Source: the human T2T-CHM13v2.0 reference genome, Homo sapiens. From it: DNA of 64,000 bases. The stretch lies in NCBI RefSeq assembly GCF_009914755.1, contig NC_060933.1, one strand, 5' to 3'. The notes under the pieces were generated by a model. That model did not search any database. It was not told the origin of the DNA and saw only the letters and a list, made by a program, of their open reading frames with translations. Within the stretch, counting starts at the first letter, position 1; each line of letters starts with the position of its first letter. Made by a program: the position numbers and the translations under genes. Shown piece by piece: positions 13,147 to 27,011 of this stretch.

Positions 13147-15380
13147 TTATTTTAACTTTTATTTTAGGTTTGGGGGTACATGTGAAGGTTTGTTACATAG
13201 GTAAACTTGTGTCATGGAGGTTTGTTGTACATATTATTTCCTCATCCAGGTATTAAGCCCAGTACAGTAGTTATCTTTTCTGCTCCTCTCCCTTCTCCCA
13301 TCCTCCACCCTTAAGTAGACCCCAGTATCTGCTGTTCCCTTTGTGTTGATAAGTTCTCATCATTTAGCTCCCACATATAAGTGAGAATATGCAGTATTTG
13401 GTTTTCTGTTCCTGTGTTAGTTTGCTGAGGATAATAGCCTCCAGCTCCATCCATGTTCCCACAAAAGACATGATCTCATTCTTTTTCACAGACACATAGT
13501 ATTCCGTCATGCACATGTACCACATTTTGTTTATCCAATCTGTCATTGATGGGCATTTAGGTTGATTCCATGTCTTTGCTATTGTGAAAAGTGCTGCAAT
13601 AAACATTCGTGTGAATGTTTCTTATATAATAGAACAATTTATATTCCTTTGGGTATATACCCAGTAATAGGATTGCTGGGTCAAATGATAGTTCTGCTTT
13701 TAGTTCTTTGAGGAATCATCATACTGCTTTCCAAGTTGGTTGAATTAGTTTACACTCCCACTAAGAGTTCATAAGTGTTCCCTTTTCTCTGCAGCCTGAC
13801 CAGCATCTGTTGTTTTTTGATTTTTCAATAATAGTCATGCTGACTGATGTGACATGGTATCTCATTGTGGCTTTGATTTGCATTTCTCTAATGATTAGTG
13901 ATATTGAGCTTTTTTACATATGCTTCTTGGCCACATATATGTCTTCTTTCGAAAAGTGTCTGTTCATGTCCTTTGCCCACTTTTTAATGGGGTTGGTTTT
14001 TTCTTGTAAATTTAAATTCCTTATAGTGCTGGGTATTAGATATTTGTTAAATGCATAGTTGGCAAATATTTTTCCCCATTCTGTAGGTTGTCTGTTTATT
14101 CTGTTGATAGTTTCTTTTGCTTTGCAGAAGCTCTTAAGTTTAGTTAGATCCCATTCATTAAATTTTGCTTTTGTTGTGATTGCTTTTCATGTCTTTGTCA
14201 TGAAATCTTTGCCTGTTTCTATTTCCAGGATGGTATTGCCTAGGTTGTTTTCTAGGGCTTTTACAGTTTGGAGTTTTACAGTTAAGTCTTTAATCTATCT
14301 TTAGTTGGTTTTTGTATATGGTGCTTGGAAGGGGTCCAGCTTCAACCTTCTGCATATGGCTAGCCAGTTATCCCAGCATCATTTATTGAATAGGGAATCT
14401 TTTCCTCATTGCTTGTTTTTGTCAAATATCAGGTGGTTGCAGGTGCACAGCCTTATTTCTGGGCTCTCTATTCTGTTCCAATGGTCTATGTGCCTGTTTT
14501 TGTACCAGGATCATGCTGTTTTGGTTACTGTGGCCCTGTAGTATAGTTTGAAGTTGGGTAACATGATGCCTCCAGCTTAGTTCTTTTTGCTTAGGATTGC
14601 CTTGGGCTCTTTTTTGGTTGTATATGAATTTTTAAGTAGATTATTCTAGTTCTGTAAAGAATATCATTGGTAGTTTGATAGGAATAGCATTGAATCTGTA
14701 AATTGCTTTCAGCAGTATGGCCATTTTAATGATATTGATGCTTCATATCCATGAGCATGGGATGTTTTTCAACTTGTATGTGTGTTCTCTGATTTCTTTG
14801 AGCAGTGTTTTGTAATTCTCATTGTAGAGATCTTTTGCCTCCCAGGTTACTTGTATTCCTAGGCAACTGTGAATGGAATTGCCTTTCTGATTTGGCTCTT
14901 GGCTTGGCTGTTGGTGGTGTATAGGAGTGTTAGTGACCCTTGTACATTAACTTTTATCCTGAAACTTTGCTGAAGTTGTTTATTAGCTGAAGGAGCTTTT
15001 GGGCTGAGACTGTGGGGTTTTCTAGCTATAGAATTATCTCATCTGCAAACAGAGAGTTTGACTTTCTTTCTTCCTATGTCCCCGCCCCTTATTTCTTTCA
15101 CTTGCTTGATTGCTCTGGCTAGAACTTCCAATACCATGTTGAATAGGAGTGGTGAGAGAGGACATCATTGTCTTGTGCAGGTTTTTAAGGAGAATGCTCC
15201 CATCTTTTGCCCATTCAGTATAATGTTGGCTGTCAGTTTGTCATAGATGGCTCTTATTATTATGAGGTATGTTCCTTCAATACTTACTTTATTGAGAGTT
15301 TTTAACATGAAAGGGCGTTGAATTTTATTGAAGGCCTTTTCTGCATTTATTGAGATAATCATGGTTTTTGTCTTTAGTTC
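13147..15380 (-). mobile_element. 5'-truncated L1 (L1PA13/L1PREC2-like) with ORF2 remnants
   Basis: Reverse 3'UTR from 13147. ORF2 peptides include [20 protein letters not shown] (13364-13606) and [15 protein letters not shown] (15165-15410). TSD ccaattcatt (13137-13146) / ccaattgatt (15381-15390). Confidence 0.95.
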
Positions 15381-17763
15381 CCAATTGATTGTTATAAGTT
15401 GTTCTGCCAAAAATAAACCTGTATTATTAAAAAGAAATTATGAAAACAATGTTTTCTACAAGGAAAGGGGAAATATGAGCTGGATAGTTTCAGAGTCACA
15501 ACAAAAATATCTTTCTGACAGAAATTTTAAAAATCGTGTTTTTATATCTGAAAGTATTGCTGTAAAACTCAGGCACCTCATATTAAATCCTCCCAGGGTA
15601 AATGCAGTCATAATATGTGGAGATTTTCAGGCAGCATAAAGAGTTTAGGTTTTCTGCCTGCAATGGCAAATAACTGAAGAGTTTTACGTGGCGACAAAAC
15701 TGTGCAGTTTTGCATTTTTGAAAAAAAGATAACTCTGGCTTCATTCTGGGAATGGATTAAGAAGGAGGAGAGAGTATATGTGAGCCTAGATTTAAAGTTT
15801 ACTGAAAATGTGGAAGCGAGAGACGATGGTGGGTTTGTTCTGCTTCTATGCTTACCAAGCATTCCACAGACTTTGACTTGTCTGCTTGAGAGCACATTCT
15901 AGAAATACCAATATAAAAATGCCAATTTATGCAAAAGGTTTTTTTTCCTATTTAAGTTAATATATTAGCATTCTGGTTTCATACATCAGTTTGGTGAATT
16001 TAGTTACTGTGATTCTACTTGCATTGAAAAGAAAATTCAGGTTTCTGAGATTGCAAGGCCGAAGATCATACCCCGGACCTTGACAAATGCACCAAGATAA
16101 ATGATGCCTTGTGAAGCCTTGTGAAAGACAGTCATCTTTTTTCTGGTGACATCCCAAATTCCACGCTGGATGTGCTTCCCTTCATTCTGAATTTAGAATG
16201 TGATCTTGATCTTGAAGGAGAGCTGAGAGTCATCACAAAGCCTCAGGTGCATCTTTATTTCACAACTACAGAAAAACTCCTCTTTTTCTCTATTTTATCT
16301 ATTTTTACTACCATTGTCTGTTTCTTAAAGAGTAATGTCATAGGTCCAACCATGTGAGGGAACTATCTTTATTGGCCCTGCAGACCACAAATTTCTTCTA
16401 AGCAGACATGAAAGAATTAAGCAGCCTAGAGGGAAAATGAAATAGTAAGGAAGGTATAGCTATATGGAAACAAATAGATCTTAGCTCTTTCTTTGGGTTT
16501 TCATAATCCTCTTCTGTTTCTCACTTTGATTCCTGACACCATCAGTACCCTTAATAGCTAGCAGTAACAGCTACCTATTCATAGAGCACTTACAAATGTT
16601 ACTACTAATAACATTTTATTATAAACAATAATTATTTTATTGGGGCCATTAGAGTGTTCATTGTATAATACATGCTCTCTTTATCCTGGCCTGTACTTAT
16701 ATAATAGTTACCATATGCCCTTTGGTTCATGCAATTAAAGATATGTGAGCTCTAATCTTATTCTGTTGTATTATAGTAAAGGCCTATCATAATGATGGTG
16801 TTCGTTAGAAGTTGATATAACAGTTTCTGGATTTGTGACATTGTTTCATGTTTTTTGCATTACTGTTCCTTACTTCTACATTGTTTTTCCCATGGACACA
16901 TCCTGGAATTAGCTTTGCTTTTGTTTTCCACATTTGTCATTGCTGTTATGAAATCTTGAGGGCCTACTTCCAAAATGTATCCATAACTGTATGGTTGGCT
17001 GTAGCATACAGTTCTACTTTAGTCCTGATCTGAAGAACAAGAAGGAAGATGAAATTACATTTAAACATCTAAGCCACAGGGAGAACCATAGTGCCATTCA
17101 AATACTAGAGCAGGACAAGTTAGGAGCTGAATATAGACCTCATCAAAATGAATTGACATGGCTATCTAACCCAAGACCATCATTGGGAGAGATGTGTATG
17201 GTAGAAACAAGGGTTTTTCTCCACTTAGGTTTTGAATTAACCAAAAAATAAGTTTAGAAATCAGCAGATAAATATCAAATCACTGATGTTATTACTAGCA
17301 AAGCAGAAATTTGAGAATGTAGCTTTCTTTATAAGCAAGTAAGCCTCCTTATTTATAACTCCTGAATGAAAGACTTGCCCACCCATTTACAATTAACAGT
17401 AGACTGGAGCAAACCTCACACATAGGTACTTCTATCTAAAAGAGCAGAAATTAATGTGTATTCCCTGAAATTAGCTCACTAACTACAGAAAAAAAAGAGA
17501 GGGTGTCTGACCTATCAATGCCTTCATTTTTCTTCAAAACTCATCAGAAAAGTATGTCATTTTCCTCTCTACCCTTCTAATTGCCCAGGGGGAGAATAAT
17601 GGAGAGTACATACTTAATAGGGTTGGCACACTAATGGATGTCCCTCCACATGGAAGGAAACATCAGAAGAATGAAATAAACATTCCCCTTTAAAAATACC
17701 AAAACAGTCCCATTCTCAAATTTGACTCTCAAATCAAAGCAGTATCATTTCTCACACACACAC

Positions 17764-18141
17764 TGATATGGTTGCTGTATCACACCCAAATCTCATCTTA
17801 AATTCTAATCTGAATTGTAATCCTTATGTGTTGAGGGAAGGAGCTGGTGGGAGGGTGACTGGATCATGGGGACGGTCTCCCCCATGCTGTTCTCATGATA
17901 GTGAGTGAGTTCTCAGGAGACCTGATGCTTTAAAAGTGTTTGTCAGTTCCCCCCACCTTCCCCTCTCTCACCTCCTGCCATGTAAGATGTGCCTTGCTTT
18001 CCCTTCGCCTTCTGCCATGACTGTAAGTTTCCTGAGGCCTCCCCAGCCATGTGGAACTGTGAGTCAATTAAACTTTCTTTCTTTATAAATTACCCAGTCT
18101 CAGGCAATATCTTCATAGCAGTGTGAAAACGAACTAATATA
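17764..18141 (+). mobile_element. MaLR solo LTR (THE1D/MSTA-type)
   Basis: TGATATGG...ctaatata ends with a 5-bp TSD cacac on both sides. Confidence 0.9.
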
Positions 18142-18567
18142 CACACATAATTTCTTCTTTGTTTGAAGACAATTATCTTCTATACTCCTTCTATTCCATC
18201 TCCCTCTTGTATGTGACTGACATCCAAATGGCCTACTATGACCACATAATCTTTTTGCTCTTTTAATTATAATATATAAAGTACATACAGATGAATAAAC
18301 ACATGTAGAATAAAAATTATTCAGCAAACACCTGTCTAATCACCATTCAAATTAAGAATTATAAAATTACTACCTTCCTAGAACACCTTCATGTGCTCAT
18401 TCCTGATTATAATCCTCAAGCCCTGACTCAAATGTTAGAGGTAATTTTCATTGTGATTTTGTTGATAGCTATAGCCTTGATTTTTCCTTAAAGTTTTACC
18501 AACTCTGATTGCAGCTCTAAAAGTGTAAATCTTTTGTCTGTTTTTGAACTACAAATGGATTCATGCC

Positions 18568-18865
18568 TTTTTTTTTTTTTTTTAACAATCTCGCTCTGTC
18601 ACCCAGGCTGAAATATAGTAATGTGATCATAGTTCATTGCAGCCTCCATCTTCCAGGCTCAAGCAATCCTCCCATCTCAGCTTCCTGAGTAGCTGAGACT
18701 ACAGGCACACACCACCATGGCTGGCTAATTTTTTTTTCTTTTTAAGTACATATGAGCTCTCACTATGTTGTCTAGGTTAATCTCAAACTCCTGGACTCAA
18801 GCAGTACTCCCATATTGGCCTCCCAAAGTGTTGGGATTACAGGTGTAAGCTACTGTGCACGGCCA
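18568..18865 (-). mobile_element. AluJ-type SINE
   Basis: Poly-T followed by a reverse Alu dimer ending gcacggcc. Confidence 0.9.
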
Positions 18866-19160
18866 TGTTTTGCTTTTTGCAACCCAAATGTTTGTGAGAC
18901 TCATCTGTGTTGCTTTACATAGCTGTAGTTGACTCACTTTCCACTGCTTTAAAGTATTCAATGTATAAATATGTCACAATATACTTGTCTATTCTGTTAT
19001 AAAGGACATTTGGATATTACGAAGAATAATGCTGTGGACATCCTTGTACATGCACTATAGCTCAAAGGTTCTCCAGTTTCCTGGAGTAGAATCTCTGGGA
19101 GTTTGTTTCTCTATAAGAGTATGAATATGTTCAATTTGATTAGACAAGCTAAAACCGATT

Positions 19161-20537
19161 TTTTTGTCTTTATTCTAAAAAAAAAGAAAAACAGGATGCA
19201 TGTGCAGAATGGGCAGGTTTGTTACATAGGTATACATGTGCCATGGTGGTTTGCTGCACCTATTGACCCATCCTCTAAGTTCCCTCCCCTCACCCCCCCA
19301 TCCCCCACCAGGCCCTGCTGTGCGTTGTTCCCCTCTCTGTGTCCATGTATTCTCAATATTCAACTCCCACTTATGAGTGAGAACATGCAGTGTTTGGTTT
19401 TCTGTTCCTGTGCTTGTTTACTGAGGATGATGGCTTTCAGCTTCATCCATGTCCCTGCAAAGGACATGATCTCCTTCCTTTTTATGGCTCCATGGTGTAT
19501 ATGTACCACATTTTCTTTATCCAGTCTATCATTGATGGGCATTTGGGTTGGTTCCATGTCTTTGCTATTGTAAATATTGCTGCAATAAACATACGTGTGC
19601 ATGTGTAGAATGACTTATATTCCTTTGGGTATATTCCCAGTAATAGGATTGCTGAAACAAATGGTATTTCTGGTTCTAGATCCTTGAGGAATCACTATGC
19701 TGTCTTCCACAATGGTTGAACTAATTTACATTCCCACCAACAGTGCAAAAGCATTCCTATTTCTCTACAGCCTTGCCAGCATCTATTGTCTCCTAACTTT
19801 TTAATAATCACCATTCTGACTGGTGTGAGATGGTATCTCATTGTGGTTTTGATTTGCATTTCTCTGATGATCAGTGATGTTGAGCTTTTTTCATGTTTGT
19901 TGGCTGCATAAATGTCTTCTTTTGAGAAGTGTCTGTTCATATCCTGTGCCCACTTTTCGATGGGGTTGTTTTTTTCTTGTAAATATGTTTAAGTTCCTTG
20001 TAAATTCTGGATATTACACTTTCATCAGATGGGTAGATTGCAAAAATTTTCTCCCAATCTGTAGGTTGCCTGTTCACTCTGATGATAGTTTCTTTTGCTG
20101 TGCAGAAGGTCTTTAGTTTAATTAGACCCCATTTGTCAATTTGGGCTTTTGTTGCAATTGCTTTTGAAGTTTTTGTCATGAAGTCTTTGCCCATGCCTGT
20201 CCTAAATGGTATTGCCTAGGTTTTCTTCTAGAGTTTTTATGCTTTTGGATTTTATATTTAAGTTTGTAATGCATTGTGAGTTAATTTTTGTATAAGGTGT
20301 AAGGAAGGGGTCCAGTTTCAGTTTTCCGCATATAACTAGCCAGTTTTCCCAGCACCATTTACTGATTAGGAGATCCTTTCCCCATTACTTGTTTTTATCA
20401 GGTTTGTTGAAGATCAGATGGTTGTAGATGTGTGGTGTTATGTCTGAGGTTTCTGCTCTGCCCCATTGGTCTATATGTCTGTTTTGGTACCAGTACCATG
20501 CTGTTTTGGTTACTGTAGCCTTGTAGTATAGTTTGAA
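19161..20537 (-). mobile_element. 5'-truncated L1 (L1PA8/8A-like)
   Basis: 3'UTR and ORF2 C-terminus ([22 protein letters not shown]; [16 protein letters not shown]). TSD gacaagctaaaaccgatt (19143-19160) / gacaagttaaaactgttt (20540-20557). Confidence 0.95.
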
Positions 20538-21624
20538 AGGACAAGTTAAAACTGTTTTCAAACAGTTTGTATTAATTTACACACCCACTAGTAGTGAATG
20601 ACAGTTCCCATTGTGTTCTTGCCAACACATAGTATTGTCAATTTATTTTTGCATTTCCGATTAATGTGTGATAACATCCCAAACTTGTATGTTTGCATTT
20701 TCATTCCTCTTTTATTCTTTTCATGATGTTCATTAACTTCTGCATTCACAGAGTTCATGAATTCTTCTGCATTCTTATGCAGAAACAGAGATAACATACA
20801 GCCCCTCTCTTTTATTTTAATGCTTTCTCTCAGGGTTAGAAGTGCTTTTATAGATATTATACAAATTTCTTTCAGCTTTATTTTTCATGCCTCCTGTGAC
20901 ACTCATCCTTTACAGGATATTGACATAAGGCTTATAGTGTTCTGTCAATATACAAAATGGCAAGAAGCCACACTGTAAACTCAGAGTTTACCCTTCCTTT
21001 GAATTTCTCTTCACAGCTTCTCTGGATAGTTTTCTTTTAGGAGATGCTCTTTCCCACTGGAAAGAAAGAAAGAAAGACCAAGAAACACTCTGCATAAGTG
21101 AACACACAGAACGCAAGAAACTAGAACATTATCCGGGAAATATCAACAGCTCTGGTCATTCTTTCACATCTCCAATGGCTCAAGTAGCAACCTGAAAACT
21201 TTTCTCCAAGTTTCATGGCCCTTAATGTTTTCTCTTAATATGAAAGTATCTTTCTCACTCCATCCATCCCAAAATTTAATGTATTACAAATGGAAAATTA
21301 TTTTAATTTGAATTGTGTAATTTTAACAATGAATCATCTTTGTCATTGATATTAAACATATCATACCATCAGCATTTAATCTATTGATAATTGTCTGCAG
21401 TACAGTACTGATAAATCCCTCTCAGAAAAGCTGTGACCTAGCATCCCAAATCTAATCTGGAGTTCTGGAATACAGAGCTAGGAATGAGATTGACTGGTAT
21501 AAGTATAGACTATGTATTATATGTGTCTGGAGGCAAAAAATACCTGAAAGATAGTCTTCAAGGGTAAAGCTTGGGTTAAAAAGTCAAGTGAAGTATAAAT
21601 CCAAGGATTTATATTTGGCCAGAC

Positions 21625-21975
21625 AAAGGATTGGCTTTGTGGTCTCTTGGATCACTTATTTTGGGAAAAGCCAACTGCTCTGTTGTAAGAACACTCAAAA
21701 AAGTTCCATAGAGCAGTCCATGTGATGAGAAACTTGGGCATCCTGACAATAGCCACATGAGTGAACCAACTTAGAAGGGGATGCTCCAGCTCCAAACAAG
21801 CCTTCAGATGACTGTAGGACTAATCAATATCTTTACTGACATCTCTTGAAAGACGCTGAGCCAGAACCAACCAGCTAAGTCGTGATTGTATTCCTAACTC
21901 ACAGAAACTGGGAGATAACAAATATGTTTTATTCTAAGCTACTAAGTTTCAGGATAGTTTTTAAGCAATAATAAA
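21625..21975 (+). mobile_element. MLT1F-type MaLR LTR
   Basis: aagccttcagatgactg...gagccagaaccaaccagctaag...cacagaaactgggagataa motifs. Confidence 0.8.
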
Positions 21976-22874
21976 TATCTATTTTGCCTCTTTTATTTTT
22001 CTTTATTTGTATAGGACTTATTACTACCATAATATATAATTTATTTATTTTGATTATTGTATAACTCCCCATTTCTAAAATATAAATATACGGAGAGATA
22101 GATATATGTGAGATAGATTTTATTACTTAGTTTGCAGTAGGAAACCAAGGTCCTTAGCAGCTATGTATTTGCCCTTGGTCACATCACCAAGAAATAACAG
22201 AGCTAGATAGAAGTTGATTCCAAATCAGACTAGTATTGTATTTTCTGTTTCTGAAAATAGTGTTTAATGTACATCAGTCCTGAAGATATGGCAGTTGTGT
22301 TTTTCTTTGTACAATCACATTCCTTTTTTTTTCAGGTAATATGATGCAAGCACACATAGAAAAGTACCAAGGCAGCTTAAGTTATCACTTATAAGCAGAA
22401 TGTGAAATGTCACATCTCAAGAAATATCAGGCTGTCTCAGAGGAACACTTTGAAGACAGTAGCCACTCAACTTTCTCACTTACCTTTGCATACTCTGTGA
22501 ATTTACCTACATGCTAGAGTACAGCTAAGTAAACATTATAAATTTTATTTGGTGCAGGAGAAAGCCCTGGTCATAAGTAATGATTATATCATGCTAAAAG
22601 TGTAGTCAAGCATGATGTCTCTTGGATGACTAGCAATGGAAATTATTAATCATTTAATCGAAGAATTCACTGCAGAGAGACTTGTGAACAAAGATCATGC
22701 TAATATTGTTCTGAAGGTCTCAATTCATTTTCTCTAATAGAAAAAAGTAAGCCATTATTTATCTTCATAATAAAAACTCATCATATTCCAAGATGTCAAT
22801 AACAGTGAGATAGAATTTTGCTATAAAATGCTATGAAATCTTCAACCTAGCAGTTTACAACCAAGTATACTTGA

Positions 22875-23085
22875 AGTGCTCATGGAAAAGATGATTTTCA
22901 AGTGGCCAACAGAATGATTACATGTATTAGAAATACTTCTGCAGTGTTCCCAAACTCTATACAGCTGTCCCTGTAGCCATTCTTCAGCCCACCAAGATAT
23001 CCTGATCTAGCTTCCCAAGAAATCAGATATGCCTCTGATTTGAAAACAACTCCATATACACACAGTACACATATAGCATGGCAAA
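22875..23085 (+). repeat. Copy A of a diverged ~200-bp local direct repeat
   Basis: Aligns to 24543-24755; see findings. Confidence 0.85.
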
Positions 23086-23149
23086 AAAGGGAGCCTCTGC
23101 TTTAAAAAATTTTATATGTGTAATTCGTTCTCTAATTCTATTTCTGACC

Positions 23150-23720
23150 TAAACTATACTGTAAGAGGCTCCTAACTAGTTTCTAATCACATTATTCTCA
23201 AAATGTACCAAGGGCACTGCTGCCAAAATTTGTTTTCAAAAACTCAAATATGACTATGCACAGTTTCTGCTGATAACCCTTCAACAGTTCCTTTTGGCTA
23301 CAGGATAAAATTCAAGCTCCTAATGTGGCATAAACCCTTCATTATAAATCCCCCTCCTTGTGTTCCAACTGCATCTCTCATTACTCCCTACCTTGCACTG
23401 CATGCTCCAACAATTTCAAATAACTTACAGTTTGTATTCCTACAACCCTGTGCATTTTCTCATGCTGTCCCTTCTACCTAGAACAACTTCTAATTATCTC
23501 CCCCGACAAGCTAACCCCTGCTTATCCTTTAAGACTCAACTTGAGCATCACACTATTCCCAAATTTTTCCTGAGCTTTCCAGGCCTGATTGTAGCTAAAT
23601 ACAGTTTGCATAGCCATATCACTCTACTTTAGTGATGTGATAACTATTTGTTTAGGCATTTATCTCCCCTACCACAAGTTGATCTCCAAGAGCACATGAG
23701 CAATAGATTTTTTCTTTCCT
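23150..23720 (+). mobile_element. L2 LINE 3' fragment
   Basis: ctcctaactagt...caggataaaattcaagctcct...tcctttaagactcaactt L2 motifs. Confidence 0.65.
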
Positions 23721-24334
23721 GCCTAGTGTTAGAAGTTTGGGATGTGGCTTTGGTGCTAGAACATTATTATCATTCTGCCTTCCTTCAGGGGTATTCTGCC
23801 AAAAGGGCTAAATATAAAAGCAACTATAGCAAAATAGGTAATGAAAAATAAGCTTATTGACCACTAGGTAATTACTGATTCTTACAAATTCAGGGATTCT
23901 TCAGTTAGCTCCGCTGATGGGAAAGGGTTAGGCCTTGAAGAATATATGGAACTTCCCTTGATCTGTTTCTCTGAATCCAAAATGGCCACCACTGTGGATG
24001 TAGAAGGGACTCACTTTACCTACTTTAATTGCTGTCAGAACACAGAGAGCCAGATAACTGCTGGGCCTGCTGAGGTAAGCCCTGCCAGGTACACTTACCA
24101 AATAGATTTAAGGAGTATGAGAAAAGAAGTGGAATTTGAGACTATGTTTTACATATAGTAACCCGACACCCCAGTAAAATGAGTCCCAGTGACTATCTCA
24201 GGCTTTGGACAGTTTAGCAATTTCGTATCCTTTAGGAAGGCCCTAGAAAGATGGTTACACAAAGTGACCATGTCTGTTCCCTGCTGCTTCCTCTCCTATA
24301 AATTCCTATATCAATTTATACTGTGAAAGTTTCG

Positions 24335-24500
24335 CATACATCATATCATATCATCTTCCACAAAACTCAGTTGTTAAACATTAATGTCTGTATTTATAGG
24401 TAAGAAACTTGAGAATGATAAATGGGAAATAATTAGCATGGCCGTAAAGCTAATGAGCAGCAAAATCAGGACAAGACCCCAGGTCTTCTAAATGCGAAAC
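24335..24500 (-). mobile_element. MIR SINE
   Basis: atttataggtaagaaacttgag...ccccaggtcttcta. Confidence 0.5.
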
Positions 24501-24542
24501 TATGGTAATTTCAATGCAGTACTTTGCAACAGAGAATGCTGT

Positions 24543-24755
24543 AAATGCCCATGCATGAGTGATTCTCCACTGGAGTGACAGAAAGACTAAAGATGTTATA
24601 AACACCTCTGCAGTGTTCTCAAAATTTATATGACTGTCCTTGTAACCATTCTTGAACCCACTCAGATATCCTGTTCTGGCTACCTAAGGAACTCTGTTAT
24701 GCCTCTATTTCGAAAACCCCATGTGCGTATAACAAATAGATAGCATGGAAGGAGA
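24543..24755 (+). repeat. Copy B of a diverged ~200-bp local direct repeat
   Basis: Aligns to 22875-23085. Confidence 0.85.
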
Positions 24756-25322
24756 GGAATGTAAGTGCAAACAAATAGTCCCTCTAGGCTCTTTATTTAT
24801 GTATGCATTTATGTCAGGAACCCTAGGTATAGCCTAGTTATTTCAACCTATGATTCAGACAAAATCCTGCCTGCCTGCAGGACTAAAAGATTGGGTCTAA
24901 AATGGTGTTTATGTGAGGGACTGTGATTTCCAGAAAAATCTCAGAAGTGGAAAATCTCACTTTCCTTGGTACTGAGATTTCCATAGGGAATCTCATCCAG
25001 AGAAAAAAAGGAAGTTCAAACAAGGCTGCAGTTCAAGCAGAAGAAGGTTTGCCAACCTCAGGATTCAACCTTAGAAGAAAACGAGAAGTAGGATGTGAGA
25101 CTTCTTTCATGTTGTTTATCCTAGCACACCAGAGCATGACAGATGCCAGAAATTCAAAGCAGAGGTTTTGCTGGTAAATAAAATATATATTCGAGGTGAG
25201 ACTCCCCCTCTTTGGCTGTAGAGATTTGAGTACAGTAAAGATAATATATGATAATAAGTCTTTTCCACAGTTGACAACAACCCCAAAGTCGTCTCACAAA
25301 AAAGTTTAAAAATTCAAGTGCG

Positions 25323-25514
25323 ATGGACACAGGGTGGGGAACATCAGACACTGGGGTCTGTCGCGGGGGTGGGATGATGAGGGAGGGATAGCATTAGGAG
25401 AAATACCTAATGTAAATGACGAGTTGATGGGTGCAGCAAACCAACATGACACATGTATACCTGTGTATCAAACCTGCACGTTGTGCACACGTATGCTAGA
25501 ACTTAAAGTATAAT
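25323..25514 (+). mobile_element. Short L1PA5/6-like 3' end
   Basis: ggatagcattaggagaaatacctaatgtaaatgacgagttgatgggtgcagcaaacc...ctagaacttaaagtataat, with TSD aaaaattcaag on both sides. Confidence 0.9.
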
Positions 25515-26667
25515 TTTTAAAAATTCAAGAGTGAACAGTTTAGAAAATCAGTGAAATGAAATGTTTTGGTATATTTTCACCAAAAACGAGTTCCAATTTT
25601 TTAACTGTCACTTGAAAGGAATCATTACATTTAATGTAACATATGTTTTGTAAAACACTTAATTCTGTGATGTACTAGATTAATAGAAAAATAGCAGAAA
25701 ACTAACTTAATCATCTCCACCTCAGATCTTTGATACTTAGATATATAAGGTCTTCATTCTGACATAAATATATGTTGAAGTACTTCAAAAATGTGTAGAC
25801 TTGTTAAAAACAATTGTGAACTGACAATCCGCTAACCTAACTATAAGACTTTGCCCCTGGAATCTAGGGCTGTCATCAAATATCCAGCCATTTGCTTGCC
25901 AGGATGTGCTGTTTGCTTTGTCTCAACCCACTGATAGAAAATTTGTTATGTTACAGCAAAAAAAAAAAAAAAAAAAATGTTTAAAATCACAAATTGGTAT
26001 AAAACAAGTGGAAAACTCTACAAACTAGGGCCATAAGTTATATTAAATTAGCAAATTAAACTAGGAATTAGGGATTACAGAAGAATCAACCAAATAAATT
26101 GCCATGGTTCTTTTTTCTTTAGGATCAAATAGCACCTACCTGTCAGGAAATAAACAAGCCAGTGAAAGAATGTATAAAAAGTGGGATAGTCCATGAAGGT
26201 AGGGGGTGGAGAGTGAGTTGATGAGTTTGCCAGGGTCATGAAGAAAAGCTTACTTTAAAATTGAGTGTTGTAACTTAGGGCTACTTGTTTCCAGGGCTCC
26301 AAAGTTCATTGCTAAAAAGACATGACAGGGTTATACACCATAGTGTTCATCTTGTGGGCTTTTTCCTCTTTTTTCTTAAAAGAACATGGTATCATTTCCT
26401 CTTCTCCAGCCCACTCTGAAACAGAAACAAATATTCAAATCTGAATGGCCATTTTTAATAAAGTTTTATAGTTTAAAACTTATATATATAAAGTCTTATA
26501 GTTATTTTTTTATCCCTTTTCAGAAACTACTTAAGGTTAGGCCTGAAAGAGAAAAGAGGGGAAGGAAGAGTGGCAACTTATACAAGAGAAGAGGGATTCA
26601 CAGAAATAATGAGTTAGTCCATGAGATGGAGGATAAAGAAGAAACTTTTACAACAGAGTTTCTCAAA

Positions 26668-27010
26668 CAGGGTTTTCTCAAAACCTAGGATTCCACAAGA
26701 TGCCACTTAGGGTTCCTTGAGAGATTGTGACTGAAAAGGAATTGAAGTTGGTTTGGGGGAACTTTGTGCTCTGTGGAACACTAGCATTTGTGGAGGTGGA
26801 CAGTCACCAAGCAGCCTGGTTTGTCTTTTAGCTCTAGGTAGCACTGTCTAGCACTATGTTTACTTGGTTGAGTACATTCTCGTTTTTGACTTAGGATAGG
26901 GGAAGCCGATGATAGTTGATGAGCGTGTGATTGCATCAGGGAGAGAAGAACAGGCTTGACAACATCAGCCTCTCCCTCCCAAAATACCTTCTTCAGCCTT
27001 CCTCAAAACT
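26668..27010 (+). mobile_element. Probable 5' end of a Charlie (hAT) transposon
   Basis: CAGGGTTTTCTCAA..CC..GG.TTCC hAT-Charlie-like terminus. Possibly contiguous with the transposase at 31340+ before the ERVL insertion. Confidence 0.4.
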
Positions 27011-27011
27011 G

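Larger units (their letters stand above)
18255..20720 (-). mobile_element. Old L1ME-like 3' region interrupted by an AluJ and an L1PA8-like element
   Basis: Degenerate L1M 3' sequence at 18255-18565, 18870-19160 and 20540-20720. Confidence 0.55.

Noticed and set aside
13810-14541. Hydrophobic + strand ORFs resembling membrane proteins
   Set aside because: Antisense frames of A-rich L1 ORF2.
24030-24100. Possible exon ending in GAG|GTAAGC
   Set aside because: An isolated donor-like motif with no supporting coding frame or neighbouring exons.
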